NCBI GenBank assembly: GCA_031581365.1
Contig: JAVLBI010000006.1
Coordinates: forward strand, 1,858 to 65,857
Direction: 5' to 3'
DNA length: 64,000 nucleotides
DNA from: Spiribacter sp.
GTDB taxonomy: Bacteria; Pseudomonadota; Gammaproteobacteria; Nitrococcales; Nitrococcaceae
In this document: positions 1-9,070 of the stretch, piece after piece
Layout: every line of letters begins with the position of its first letter
How positions within the stretch are numbered: position 1 is the first letter of the stretch
The notes under the pieces: generated by a model
Database searches by the model: none
Told to the model about the DNA's origin: nothing
Seen by the model: the letters and a program-made list of their open reading frames with translations, nothing else
Program-made: the position numbers and the translations under genes

Positions 1-456
1 TTTTATGCCCACCCAAACCTGCGTTTTACCGATGATCGCGACACCGTGCCCTTGTTATCGTGTGGCCTAACGCCAGGCGCTTGTGTCGACATCAACACCT
101 ACCTGATCGCAAGCCTGCGCGCAGCGGGCTATGACGCGGGATATATTTACGGGTATTTTTTTCCTAGCGGATCTGCCAATACCACTTATGATCAGCACTG
201 CTGGGTAATCACTCGATGTGATGGGGAAATACTGGAGTGGGATATTGCCCATCACTTAAAAGCCGGCTTAGGCGCGAGTCAGCCAGGTCTTAACCCGCAT
301 CCAGGCCGCCGCGTTGCCTTAGGCTATGCCATGGGCCAGCAGTACACCTTTAATGGGACGATTATTCATACTCGGCTGCTCGCCGAGCCGCATCGGATCA
401 ATACCACTACCGGGGAGGCAGAGCGTATTGGGTTAACGGCCGAGTGGCGCGATTAA
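1..456 (+). CDS. Transglutaminase-like domain protein, 5'-truncated by the window edge
   Basis: Frame 1 is open from base 1 (FYAHPNLRFTDDRDTVPLLSC...). It carries Cys (GACVDIN), His (HCW) and Asp (EWD) in transglutaminase-core order. Confidence 0.7.
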   Translation, partial: FYAHPNLRFTDDRDTVPLLSCGLTPGACVDINTYLIASLRAAGYDAGYIYGYFFPSGSANTTYDQHCWVITRCDGEILEWDIAHHLKAGLGASQPGLNPHPGRRVALGYAMGQQYTFNGTIIHTRLLAEPHRINTTTGEAERIGLTAEWRD

Positions 457-466
457 GCAATCACGC

Positions 467-1279
467 CTAGATAATGGCGTGGCGCATCTTTGCAGAGATC
501 CACTCGCTGAGAATCACCGTGATTAAAATCAGACCTAAAATCACGCTAACTTGCCCCCAGGCAAGGGTATTGAGTGAGCCTTGGAGCTTAAGGCCAATAC
601 CGCCAGCGCCCACCAATCCCAAAATCGTGCTCTCGCGAATATTAATATCCCAGCGAAAAACCGAAATCCCCCAAAACGCCGGCATGATCTGCGGGACGAT
701 GCCGTAATTAAGGACTTGAGGCCGGCTTGCACCGGTGGCACTGACCGCTTCAACTTGCAGCGCATCAGTCTCCTCAATGGCTTCGTAGAGCAACTTACCG
801 ACAAAGCCAATGGAGCGCAGGGCAATCGCAACCATGCCGGCCAAAATACCCGGCCCAATAATGGCTACGAGTAATAACGCCCAAATCAATGCATTAATCG
901 AACGCGAGGTGACAATAATAAACAGCGCAATCGGGCGCAGGATTTTCGCTGAGGGGGTTGTGTTCTGAGCTGCCAGAAAGGCAATCGGGACCGCGAGTAT
1001 AACGCCACCGACCGTACCAATCGTTGCGATATTGAGCGTATCCCAGAGCGGTAATAAAAGCTCTGGCAAATACCCCCAAGTGGGCGGCCACATACGACTG
1101 CCAATATCGGCGGCCTGCTCGGGTGCATCGAGCACAAAAAACCAAATGGTATCGCGGTTCATGATCTGCCAGCAGACAATGAACAGCGCAAGCAGGCACA
1201 GCCAACTAAACCAAATGAGTAAGCGCTGATAAGAGGTGCGGTGCTGCCAAACCGGCGTGGATTGTGAGGGTTGATTCAT
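467..1279 (-). CDS. phnE: Phosphate/phosphonate-family ABC transporter permease
   Basis: Hydrophobic; DTLNIATIGT, RSINALIWALL, GFVGKLLYEAIEE, FRWDINIRESTILGLVGAGGIG are PhnE motifs. Confidence 0.92.
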   Translation of the reverse strand: MNQPSQSTPVWQHRTSYQRLLIWFSWLCLLALFIVCWQIMNRDTIWFFVLDAPEQAADIGSRMWPPTWGYLPELLLPLWDTLNIATIGTVGGVILAVPIAFLAAQNTTPSAKILRPIALFIIVTSRSINALIWALLLVAIIGPGILAGMVAIALRSIGFVGKLLYEAIEETDALQVEAVSATGASRPQVLNYGIVPQIMPAFWGISVFRWDINIRESTILGLVGAGGIGLKLQGSLNTLAWGQVSVILGLILITVILSEWISAKMRHAII

Positions 1280-2091
1280 TGCAAACGCTTCCGTACCGCA
1301 CCTGAGGTATACTCAGCGACCATCACAATCGCAATGATGACGAGCAAAATCGCCCCTGCACTGTCGTATTCGTAACGATCAATGGCCGTGTTAAGCGTTG
1401 CGCCAATGCCACCAGCGCCAACAATGCCAATCACAGCCGACTCGCGAAAGTTAATATCCAGGCGATATAGCGATAAACCAATCAACCGCGGCATGACCTG
1501 CGGCTGAATGGCGTAATTAATTAACTGCAACCAAGATGCCCCGGTGGCTCGAATCGCATCGGCCTGTCCCGGCATGCTCTCCTCAATATCATCGGCAAGC
1601 AATTTGGCAAGAAACCCAATGGTCGCAAAACTTAAAGTTAAAAAGCCGGCAAATGGCCCAAACCCAAACATCGCGACAAAGAAAATCGCAATGATCACCT
1701 CTTGCAATGCCCGACTCACTGCAACGATCGATCGGCAGCTCAAGTAAACCCACTTCGGGGTGAGATTGCGTGCGGCACCAATTCCGATGGGCACTGAGAG
1801 CATGATGCCCACAACCGTGGATGTCAGCGTCATGGTGAGGCTTTCAACCAAGCCGCGCGAAATATCCCCCCAACGGCTAACAAAATCGGGTTGCAAAAAC
1901 CCCATCGCAAAGCGCTGGCCACGCTCAAGGCCTTCAACCACGCGCTGCCAGTCCACCTCGATTGAGGCGCCTGCTAAGACTAAATAGATAACAATGCCCA
2001 GCTGTATGCCGATTCGCCAACCCCGGTGGGTCAGTATTTGCGGGGGCCGGCGCCACTGAGTGGGATAGCTCGCCAGCGCAGAATCACTCAT
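1276..2091 (-). CDS. phnE: Phosphate/phosphonate-family ABC transporter permease (second copy)
   Basis: [35 protein letters not shown]; 4-nt overlap with the next phnE. Confidence 0.92.
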   Translation of the reverse strand: MSDSALASYPTQWRRPPQILTHRGWRIGIQLGIVIYLVLAGASIEVDWQRVVEGLERGQRFAMGFLQPDFVSRWGDISRGLVESLTMTLTSTVVGIMLSVPIGIGAARNLTPKWVYLSCRSIVAVSRALQEVIIAIFFVAMFGFGPFAGFLTLSFATIGFLAKLLADDIEESMPGQADAIRATGASWLQLINYAIQPQVMPRLIGLSLYRLDINFRESAVIGIVGAGGIGATLNTAIDRYEYDSAGAILLVIIAIVMVAEYTSGAVRKRLQ

Positions 2092-2921
2092 GGCGCGGCA
2101 TCCTCAAGCCGAACCGTCACAGCACCCGGGTGGGCGGCTGCCTGAGGATGATCCGCCTCATCCTCGTCTCGGTTCGGGTTCCAATCCTCTTCACCGTAAA
2201 TAGTGGTTAAGGTGTTCTCATCAAGCCCCGATGGTGGGCCGTCATAAACGATTTCACCGTCACGCAGACCCACAATACGCTGCATGAACTGCTGCGCGAG
2301 CGGCACATCGTGGATGTTAACGATCGCGGGCAGACCGCGCTCGCGACACACTTCTGTTAAAAGCCGCATGATCTGACGCGAGGTCTTAGGATCTAGGCTT
2401 GCAGTCGGCTCATCGACTAGCAACAACTCAGGCTCCTGCGCGAGTGCCCGGGCAATACCCACGCGCTGACGTTGTCCGCCAGAGAGTGCATCGGCACGCT
2501 TATTGACCTGATCAAGCAAACCGACGCGATCTAATAATCTATAGGCACGCTGGACATCCTCCGCAGGGAAGCGGCGCAGCCAACTCCGCCAAAATGAAAC
2601 CGCGCCAAGCCGCCCCGAGAGTACGTTTTCCATCACGCTTAGGCGCTCCACAAGGGAGTACTCTTGAAAGATCATGCCGATGCGCCGGCGTTGCTGACGG
2701 AGCTCACCGGCAGACAACGAAGCCAAATGCGTTGAGCCTAAATTGATCTCACCGCTACTCGGTTCAACTAAGCGGTTAATGCAGCGAATGAGCGTGGACT
2801 TGCCAGCACCTGAAGGGCCAATCAGGCCCATTATTTGGCCTTTTGGCACCACTAAATTAATGTCCGTTAGGGCCGTATCGCCCGTGCGATAAGTTTTTCC
2901 TAGCTGCTTAATTTCAAGCAT
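2088..2921 (-). CDS. phnC: Phosphonate-family ABC transporter ATPase
   Basis: Walker [10 protein letters not shown], signature [15 protein letters not shown], Walker [20 protein letters not shown]. Confidence 0.93.
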   Translation of the reverse strand: MLEIKQLGKTYRTGDTALTDINLVVPKGQIMGLIGPSGAGKSTLIRCINRLVEPSSGEINLGSTHLASLSAGELRQQRRRIGMIFQEYSLVERLSVMENVLSGRLGAVSFWRSWLRRFPAEDVQRAYRLLDRVGLLDQVNKRADALSGGQRQRVGIARALAQEPELLLVDEPTASLDPKTSRQIMRLLTEVCRERGLPAIVNIHDVPLAQQFMQRIVGLRDGEIVYDGPPSGLDENTLTTIYGEEDWNPNRDEDEADHPQAAAHPGAVTVRLEDAAP

Positions 2922-2940
2922 GGCACCACCCTAGATGGAG

Positions 2941-2972
2941 AAAAGCGCAAGCAGCCATTCGCCGCTTGCGCT
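2941..2972 (-). terminator. Terminator/stabiliser-like hairpin between phnD and phnC
   Basis: Minus strand AGCGCAAGC-GGCGAATGGCT-GCTTGCGCT followed by TTT; 9-bp perfect stem at 2944-2952/2964-2972, 20 nt after the phnD stop. Confidence 0.6.
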
Positions 2973-2992
2973 CGGTAGGCAGCCGGTTGGGA

Positions 2993-3946
2993 CTACTCGC
3001 ACTCGTAGACGACGTTGTTCGCCTCGTCAATCGTACGAATAACAGCCCAATCCTCTTGGAAGGTGATGTCAATGAATTGATCCTCACCATTACGGCCAAA
3101 TTCCTCGGCCAATGCGGTTCCTTCCCAATCAAACCCAAAGAAAGCCTCTTGGATTTTCTCTTGGAGCTCAGGTGCAAGGTTATACACCGTGCCATAGCCA
3201 GTTGTTGGGAATGTCTGCGATTGATAGACCACCTCGACGTCATCGGCAGAGATCACATCACGATCGATCATACGGCCTTTCACTGAGTTGGCCACTGAGG
3301 CGGCAAGATAATCCTCGTTGGCAACACCAAGAATGGAGTTGTCATGAGCGCCTGAGAAGCTCGCCTCAAAATCCTCGCCCGGCAACATATCAAATTCTGC
3401 CTTGAGGATAGCGGAAGGCGCTTTAAAGCCCGAGTTAGAGGTCTCAGCGGTAAATGTGAGCTCGCGGCCCTTAATATCTTCTACCGCGTCAATGCCCGAG
3501 CCCGGGTGGGTAATGATTTCCATCTCATAACCAAACGAACCATCGGCTGCAGCCATCATCGCAAAGGGACGAAAGCCCGCACAGGCAACCGCAATGGGAT
3601 TAGAGCCCGTATTAAAGCCAGCAACATGCAGGCGTCCAGCGCGCATGGCCTCAATCTGTGCCGCATTTGACTGAACCGGGAAGAACTGGACTTTTTTGCC
3701 AGTCACCTCACTCATGTGATCCAGAAAACCGGCCCAAACTTCAGCGTAAACCGCTGGATCCTCAACCGGTGTATAGGCAAAAATCAACGTATTCGGATCA
3801 ATCCAATCAGACGCATCTGATGGGATATCAGCAATCAAATCACCGTCGTTATCAACATAACGACTATCTAGACTAAACTCTGCGTTGGCTGCGCCTGCTA
3901 GCGCCAACGCTCCCAAAGTTCCCAATGTCATTTGCTTAAAGTTCAC
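2993..3946 (-). CDS. phnD: Phosphate/phosphite/phosphonate ABC transporter substrate-binding protein
   Basis: Signal peptide (LGALALAGAANA); FAYTPVEDPAVY, AQIEAMRAGRLHVAGFNTG, TSNSGFKAP, GAHDNS; GTG start with GGGGAG RBS; D/E-rich. Confidence 0.9.
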   Translation of the reverse strand: MNFKQMTLGTLGALALAGAANAEFSLDSRYVDNDGDLIADIPSDASDWIDPNTLIFAYTPVEDPAVYAEVWAGFLDHMSEVTGKKVQFFPVQSNAAQIEAMRAGRLHVAGFNTGSNPIAVACAGFRPFAMMAAADGSFGYEMEIITHPGSGIDAVEDIKGRELTFTAETSNSGFKAPSAILKAEFDMLPGEDFEASFSGAHDNSILGVANEDYLAASVANSVKGRMIDRDVISADDVEVVYQSQTFPTTGYGTVYNLAPELQEKIQEAFFGFDWEGTALAEEFGRNGEDQFIDITFQEDWAVIRTIDEANNVVYECE

Positions 3947-3977
3947 AATTCACTCCCCATATGGATAGGAATCTGAC

Positions 3978-4011
3978 AGCCTAGATGGCCACGATGACAG
4001 AATAATGTCAT
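3978..4011 (-). promoter_or_regulatory. Pho box plus -10 element for the phn operon
   Basis: Minus strand ATGACAT-TATT-CTGTCAT (4011-3994) matches the PhoB direct repeat CTGTCAT-N4-CTGTCAY with 11-bp period. Exactly 10 nt later is TAGGCT (3983-3978), the spacing of E. coli Pho promoters. Confidence 0.75.
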
Positions 4012-4051
4012 ATCCAATTTAAGCAATCATCATCTCTATATCTGTTATTCC

Positions 4052-4073
4052 ATATATGCGTTAACTCATATAT
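4052..4073 (+). promoter_or_regulatory. Probable ArsR operator
   Basis: Perfect inverted repeat ATATATG-cgttaact-CATATAT, 36 nt upstream of arsC; similar to the CATATATG-containing E. coli ars operator. Confidence 0.65.
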
Positions 4074-4109
4074 AGTGCCCGCACCCTTAGGCAACACGGC
4101 GATAGCATC

Positions 4110-4613
4110 ATGGCGCATTACAACGTGCTTTTTTTGTGTACCGGTAACTCAGCCCGCAGCATCCTGGCTGAGGCCATTATGAACAACATGTCCGGTGATA
4201 AATTTACCGGCTACAGCGCGGGAAGTTTTCCGGCAGGCCAAGTCAATCCAATGGCTTTGCAGCTTCTTGAGCAAATGAAGTTGCCAACGGCGGGCTTATA
4301 CAGCAAGAATTGGGAAGAATTCTCAGGCGAGGATGCGCCCAAAATGGATTTCGTATTTACAGTCTGTGACCGTGCTGCAGCAGAACCCTGCCCGATTTGG
4401 CCGGGCCAACCCATGACAGCGCACTGGGGTCTGCCTGATCCAGCCGCGGTTGAGGGAAGCGACGAGGAAAAGCTACGCGCCTTTCGTGAGACATTTATCG
4501 CCTTGCGAAGCCGGTTGGGTTTATTCACTAATCTTCCCTTCAGCTCACTCGATCGACTGAAACTCCAGCATGAGATTGATACCATCGGTCGTAGCCAACC
4601 GGATGCGAATTAA
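4110..4613 (+). CDS. arsC: Arsenate reductase, thioredoxin-coupled LMW-PTP fold
   Basis: VLFLCTGNSARS P-loop, TVCDRAAAEPCP (second and third redox Cys), HWGLPDP. Confidence 0.9.
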   Translation: MAHYNVLFLCTGNSARSILAEAIMNNMSGDKFTGYSAGSFPAGQVNPMALQLLEQMKLPTAGLYSKNWEEFSGEDAPKMDFVFTVCDRAAAEPCPIWPGQPMTAHWGLPDPAAVEGSDEEKLRAFRETFIALRSRLGLFTNLPFSSLDRLKLQHEIDTIGRSQPDAN

Positions 4614-4993
4614 TGCAGGCGGCTAGTGCGCACACAATCGCTGAGCTCACCGCAAGCGATGTCTTTCGGCTCCTTGCGGATGACACGCGTTTGCGCGCCA
4701 TTTGTTTACTACATGGCTATGGTGAGTTGTGTGTTTGCGAGCTCACCGAAACCCTAGCGGTCAGTCAGCCAAAAATGTCGCGTCATCTTGCGATGCTGCG
4801 CGATGGGGGCTTAGTCGAAACCCGGCGCAGTGGTCAGTGGATCCATTATCGGCTGCGCGGCGATTTACCGGCGTGGGCGAGGACCACACTAACCAATGCC
4901 TGTGATGGTTTAGCCACAGAAGCACCATTCCAAAGCGATGCCCGTCGGGCCGCCCGCGCCATTGCCAAAAACCGAAGTGAATGCGAATTATGA
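4613..4993 (+). CDS. arsR: ArsR family As(III)-responsive repressor
   Basis: ELCVCEL metal-binding motif, [13 protein letters not shown] helix-turn-helix, [11 protein letters not shown] wing; TAATG overlap with arsC. Confidence 0.9.
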   Translation: MQAASAHTIAELTASDVFRLLADDTRLRAICLLHGYGELCVCELTETLAVSQPKMSRHLAMLRDGGLVETRRSGQWIHYRLRGDLPAWARTTLTNACDGLATEAPFQSDARRAARAIAKNRSECEL

Positions 4994-5703
4994 GCGTTGA
5001 TGCGCTACCCAACCTAAAGCCACACGCCCTTGACCCCATTGATCACACCGCACTGCTTGCCGGCCCCGATCACACCGCGCCGCGGATTTTATTGTTATAT
5101 GGCTCATTGCGGCCACGCGCATTTAGCCGGCTTACCGCAGAAGAGGGCGCACGGGTACTGCGCCAACTCGGCGCGGAGACCCGCATCTTCAACCCAAGCG
5201 GCCTGCCGCTGCCAGATGATGCACACGCCAGTCATCCCAAAGTCGCCGAACTACGTGAGCTTGCGACCTGGGCGGATGGGTTTGTTTGGTCTTCACCAGA
5301 GCGCCACGGTGCGATGACCGGCATTATGAAAGCCCAAATCGATTGGATACCCCTTAATTTAGGCGGCGTTCGCCCAACCCAAGGGAAAACCCTAGCGGTG
5401 ATGCAAGTCTGTGGTGGTTCGCAGAGCTTTAATGCGGTTAATCAGCTGCGCATTCTAGGCCGCTGGATGCGGCTCATTACCATTCCCAATCAATCATCCG
5501 TGCCCAAAGCGTATTTAGAATTTGACGACGATGATCGTATGCGGCCCTCGCCGTACTACAACCGCATTGTTGATGTGATGGAAGAGCTGATGAAGTTCAC
5601 CCAACTCACCCGGGGCTGTCGTGATTACTTAGTCGATCGGTATTCAGAGCGTATTGAGAGCACAGCCGAGGTCTCCGCTCGGGTTAATCAACGCTCAATC
5701 TAA
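4990..5703 (+). CDS. arsH: Organoarsenical oxidase / NADPH-dependent FMN reductase ArsH
   Basis: [62 protein letters not shown]. Start moved to ATG 4990 (ATGA overlap with the arsR stop). Confidence 0.95.
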   Translation: MSVDALPNLKPHALDPIDHTALLAGPDHTAPRILLLYGSLRPRAFSRLTAEEGARVLRQLGAETRIFNPSGLPLPDDAHASHPKVAELRELATWADGFVWSSPERHGAMTGIMKAQIDWIPLNLGGVRPTQGKTLAVMQVCGGSQSFNAVNQLRILGRWMRLITIPNQSSVPKAYLEFDDDDRMRPSPYYNRIVDVMEELMKFTQLTRGCRDYLVDRYSERIESTAEVSARVNQRSI

Positions 5704-5769
5704 ACAGCCACTCGCACCCATGGCGTTGTTGCGTCACAATCTTGTAAAAATAAGACAAGGAGAGTGACG

Positions 5770-6633
5770 ATGACAACGCCTGCCCGCCAACTTCGCGATT
5801 TACTAACCAACCATCCCCCGGTCATTGCACCCGGTGCCTTTGATGGCATTTCAGCACGGCTTGTCGAGCAGGCGGGTTTTGCCGCGGTGTATGCCACTGG
5901 CGGCGGGATTGCGCGCAGCCTTGGTATTCCTGATCTTGGGCTCATGGGCCTCGATGAAATCGTCAAACGGCTTGAGAGCATGGTGGAAGTCACCAATATC
6001 CCGCTCATTGCGGATGCTGACACCGGTCATGGTAATGCGCTCAATGCGCAAAAAACCGCGCGTGCTTTTGAGCGTGCAGGGGTGGCGGGATTTCATTTAG
6101 AAGATCAAGTGTTCCCGAAAAAATGCGGTCACTACGATGACAAATCAATCGTGCCGCAAAAAGAGATGACACAAAAAATACGCGCCGTAAAAGATGCCTT
6201 CATCGATCCCGATCTATTTTTAATTGCACGCACCGATGGCTTAGCGGTCGAGGGCTATGCGCCTACGATCGAGCGTGCCCATGCCTACATGGATGCCGGG
6301 GCTGATATGATTTTTGTCGAAGCGCCCACCTCAGAAGCGCAAATCGAGCAAATCGCTCGCGATTTACCCCAGCCCAAACTGATTAATATGTTCCACGGGG
6401 GCAAAACCCCACTGATGCCAGCGGATCGACTCGGTGAGCTTGGCTATCAGTTGATTATTATTCCAAGCGATACCCAGCGCGCGGCCATTAAAGGGATGCA
6501 AGACACGCTCGAGGCGATTAAACGCGATGGCCATAGTGCGGCTATGCAAGAGCGCATGGTCAGCTTTAAAGGCCGCGAAGCGGTGATTGGGACGGCGAGC
6601 TACACCGCCCTCGATAAAAAATACAGCGTATAA
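5770..6633 (+). CDS. Isocitrate lyase/PEP mutase superfamily C-C lyase (2-methylisocitrate lyase / 2,3-dimethylmalate lyase-like)
   Basis: PGAFDGISAR, LGIPDLG, PLIADADTGHG, EDQVFPKKCGH, IARTD, IFVEA; AAGGAG RBS before ATG 5770. Exact substrate uncertain. Confidence 0.8.
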   Translation: MTTPARQLRDLLTNHPPVIAPGAFDGISARLVEQAGFAAVYATGGGIARSLGIPDLGLMGLDEIVKRLESMVEVTNIPLIADADTGHGNALNAQKTARAFERAGVAGFHLEDQVFPKKCGHYDDKSIVPQKEMTQKIRAVKDAFIDPDLFLIARTDGLAVEGYAPTIERAHAYMDAGADMIFVEAPTSEAQIEQIARDLPQPKLINMFHGGKTPLMPADRLGELGYQLIIIPSDTQRAAIKGMQDTLEAIKRDGHSAAMQERMVSFKGREAVIGTASYTALDKKYSV

Positions 6634-6657
6634 AAAAACGGGGGCAATGCCCCCGTT
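6632..6657 (-). terminator. Intrinsic terminator for aceA (may also serve the convergent gene)
   Basis: AACGGGGGC-AAT-GCCCCCGTT 9-bp stem (6637-6657); the A7 run at 6632-6638 reads as U7 on the minus strand. A second 6-bp hairpin lies at 6667-6684. Confidence 0.8.
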
Positions 6658-6703
6658 AACGATTTTCGAGGCACTCCCGCCTCGTCGTCCTACCGCAGTA
6701 TGG

Positions 6704-7993
6704 TTAATGCTGGGTGAACTGTTCTTCTTCCGTGGATCCGGTCATAGCCGTGACTGACGAGCCACCGCCCTGAATGGTTTGGGTGACTTGGTCAAAATAC
6801 CCCGCGCCCACCTCGCGCTGGTGTCGGGTGGCGGTGTAGCCATTTTTCTCGGCAGCAAACTCCGCTTCTTGAAGCTCGGAGTAAGCGGCCATTTGCCGGC
6901 TTTTGTAACCCCGGGCCAATTCGAACATTGAGTAGTTAAGGCTGTGAAAGCCAGCCAGGGTAATAAATTGAAACTTATACCCCATCGCACCCAGCTCATT
7001 TTGATAGCTCGCAATGGTTTTCTCATCAAGCTTGCCACGCCAGTTAAACGACGGTGAGCAGTTATACGCGAGCATCGTATTCGGATGCTCTTTATGAATG
7101 GCCTCAGCGAAGCGCTTGGCAAACGCCAAATCAGGCGTGCCGGTCTCACACCAGAGCAGATCAGCATAGGGCGCATAGGCTAGGCCACGGCTAATGGCTT
7201 GATCTTCGCCGGCTTGAGTGCGGAAAAACCCCTCAACCGTGCGCTCACCAGTAATATGCGGCGCATCGTAAGGATCCACATCTGAGGTAATCAAATCAGC
7301 AGCGAGGGCGTCCGTTCGCGCGACCAAAAGCGTGGGCACATCCATGGTATCGGCCGCTAATCGAGCCGCGACGAGCTTTTGCACCGCCTCTTGGGTAGGC
7401 ACCAAGACTTTACCCCCCATATGTCCACATTTTTTCACCGACGCGAGCTGATCCTCAAAATGCACGCCAGCGGCGCCCGCCCGAATCATTCCCTTCATCA
7501 GCTCAAAGGCGTTTAATACGCCGCCAAAGCCGGCCTCAGCATCCGCCACAATCGGCTGCATCCAGTCAAACGCTTCATTCCCTTCCGCATGATGGATTTC
7601 ATCAGCCCGCAAGAGCGCATTATTAATTCGCTCAACCACTGCAGGCACCGAGTCGGCAGGATAAAGCGATTGATCGGGATACATGGTGGCGCCCAAGTTC
7701 GCATCGGCAGCGACCTGCCAGCCCGAGAGATAAATCGATTTAAGACCCGCTTTGACTTGCTGCAGCGCCTGATTGCCTGTGAGTGCACCCAGCGCATTCA
7801 CATAATCAAAGGTATTACCGGTCAGATAACCCCAGAGTTTCTCGGCCCCTTGCGTTGCTAGCGTATGTTCAACGGCTACCGTGCCACGAAGACGAGCGAC
7901 CTCGGCGGCCGGATACGGTCGTGTCACATCTGCCCAACGCGGGTTATTCGCCCAATCTTTTTCAATTTCTGCCACGGTTTTAAGCGCTTTCAT
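6704..7993 (-). CDS. aceA: Isocitrate lyase
   Basis: [61 protein letters not shown]; GAGGAGG RBS. Confidence 0.97.
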   Translation of the reverse strand: MKALKTVAEIEKDWANNPRWADVTRPYPAAEVARLRGTVAVEHTLATQGAEKLWGYLTGNTFDYVNALGALTGNQALQQVKAGLKSIYLSGWQVAADANLGATMYPDQSLYPADSVPAVVERINNALLRADEIHHAEGNEAFDWMQPIVADAEAGFGGVLNAFELMKGMIRAGAAGVHFEDQLASVKKCGHMGGKVLVPTQEAVQKLVAARLAADTMDVPTLLVARTDALAADLITSDVDPYDAPHITGERTVEGFFRTQAGEDQAISRGLAYAPYADLLWCETGTPDLAFAKRFAEAIHKEHPNTMLAYNCSPSFNWRGKLDEKTIASYQNELGAMGYKFQFITLAGFHSLNYSMFELARGYKSRQMAAYSELQEAEFAAEKNGYTATRHQREVGAGYFDQVTQTIQGGGSSVTAMTGSTEEEQFTQH

Positions 7994-8052
7994 CTCTCAT
8001 GCCTCCTCAAGGCCGTTTTCCGTACCCATGTCGGTACTCTCAGATACTTTTT

Positions 8053-8081
8053 ACGATATGCCGCGTTGCAGCATTGCACAA
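8053..8081 (-). promoter_or_regulatory. Putative sigma70 promoter for aceA
   Basis: Minus strand TTGTGC-N17-TATCGT. The AT-rich imperfect dyad TAATGT-N12-ACATAA (8084-8107) just upstream could be the LysR site. Confidence 0.45.
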
Positions 8082-8134
8082 GATAATGTAAACAATACTG
8101 AACATAAATTTTGCTAATACTTAAGAGGTCATCG

Positions 8135-9070
8135 ATGGCTATTTTGTCGGATATCAACCCGGCCTATCGCCAAGATCGTTTACGCCAGCTGCGCGCCTTT
8201 TGTTTTAGTGCCGAGGCCGGCAGTATCTCACGGGCCGCTGAGCGCCTAGGACTCACCCAGCCCTCAGTCTCACTGCAAATTCAAGCCCTAGAGCGTGAGC
8301 TCAACGTCATTCTGTTTGAGCGTCGTGGGCCCAAGATCCGGCTCACACCCGATGGCGAGCAGCTCTATGCCGAAGCGCATAGGCTCGTTGAGGCGATTGA
8401 TGGATTGGCGGGGCGTTTTGCTGAGGGCAATCGTCCGCTCGATAGCGGTCGCCTAGATATTGGTGCGGGCGAGTCATCGACGCTTTATTTACTACCCGCC
8501 CCATTAGAGCGTTTTATGGACCAACACCCCAATGTCCGTGTTCGTCTGCATCATCTATCGGTAGGTGAGCTCATGGATGCATTGCGAGAAGATCAGGTGG
8601 ATTTTGCCGTCGGGGCGATTTTGGATATGCCTGATGAGCTTCGCTATCGCGCCATTTACTCTTATGGGCTTTCGTTAATCACCCCGGTTGATCATCCACT
8701 CACCCGGCGCGATGTCATCACCATGCGCGATCTCTCCCATCAAGACTATATTATCCCGCCGCAAAACATGACGACATGGCGGCTCATAAGCTTAGTGTTC
8801 CAACAGCATGCTATTCGCTATCAAATACGCCTTGAGGTGGGGAGCTGGGAGGCGGTCAAGCGCTATGTCGGGTTAGGTTTTGGCATTGCCATTGTAAGCA
8901 ATGTCTCGTTAGCAGAAGACTATCCCGGCATTGCCGTGCGCTCGCTACCGGATGTTTTCCCCAAACGCACCTATGGCGCGATGTCTCGACGGGGCCGTTT
9001 TCTCTCACCCCAAGCCCGACGCTTTTTAGAAATGATGCGGCCGGACTTTTTTGCCACGGAGACGCCTTAG
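8135..9070 (+). CDS. LysR family transcriptional regulator, divergent from aceA
   Basis: SISRAAERLGLTQPSVSLQIQALERELNVILFERRG HTH plus LysR substrate-binding domain; ATG 8135 after AAGAGG. Confidence 0.92.
   Translation: MAILSDINPAYRQDRLRQLRAFCFSAEAGSISRAAERLGLTQPSVSLQIQALERELNVILFERRGPKIRLTPDGEQLYAEAHRLVEAIDGLAGRFAEGNRPLDSGRLDIGAGESSTLYLLPAPLERFMDQHPNVRVRLHHLSVGELMDALREDQVDFAVGAILDMPDELRYRAIYSYGLSLITPVDHPLTRRDVITMRDLSHQDYIIPPQNMTTWRLISLVFQQHAIRYQIRLEVGSWEAVKRYVGLGFGIAIVSNVSLAEDYPGIAVRSLPDVFPKRTYGAMSRRGRFLSPQARRFLEMMRPDFFATETP

Noticed and set aside
5770-6633. PEP mutase or phosphonopyruvate hydrolase linked to the phn transporter
   Set aside because: The catalytic loop is KKCGH (C-C lyase type). 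PEP mutases have Asn and phosphonopyruvate hydrolases Thr at that Cys position.
7980-8000. Six-codon upstream ORF (ATG 8000, MRDESA) overlapping the aceA start
   Set aside because: Its ATG is only 1 nt from the GAGGAGG RBS, whereas ATG 7993 has normal spacing; probably chance.
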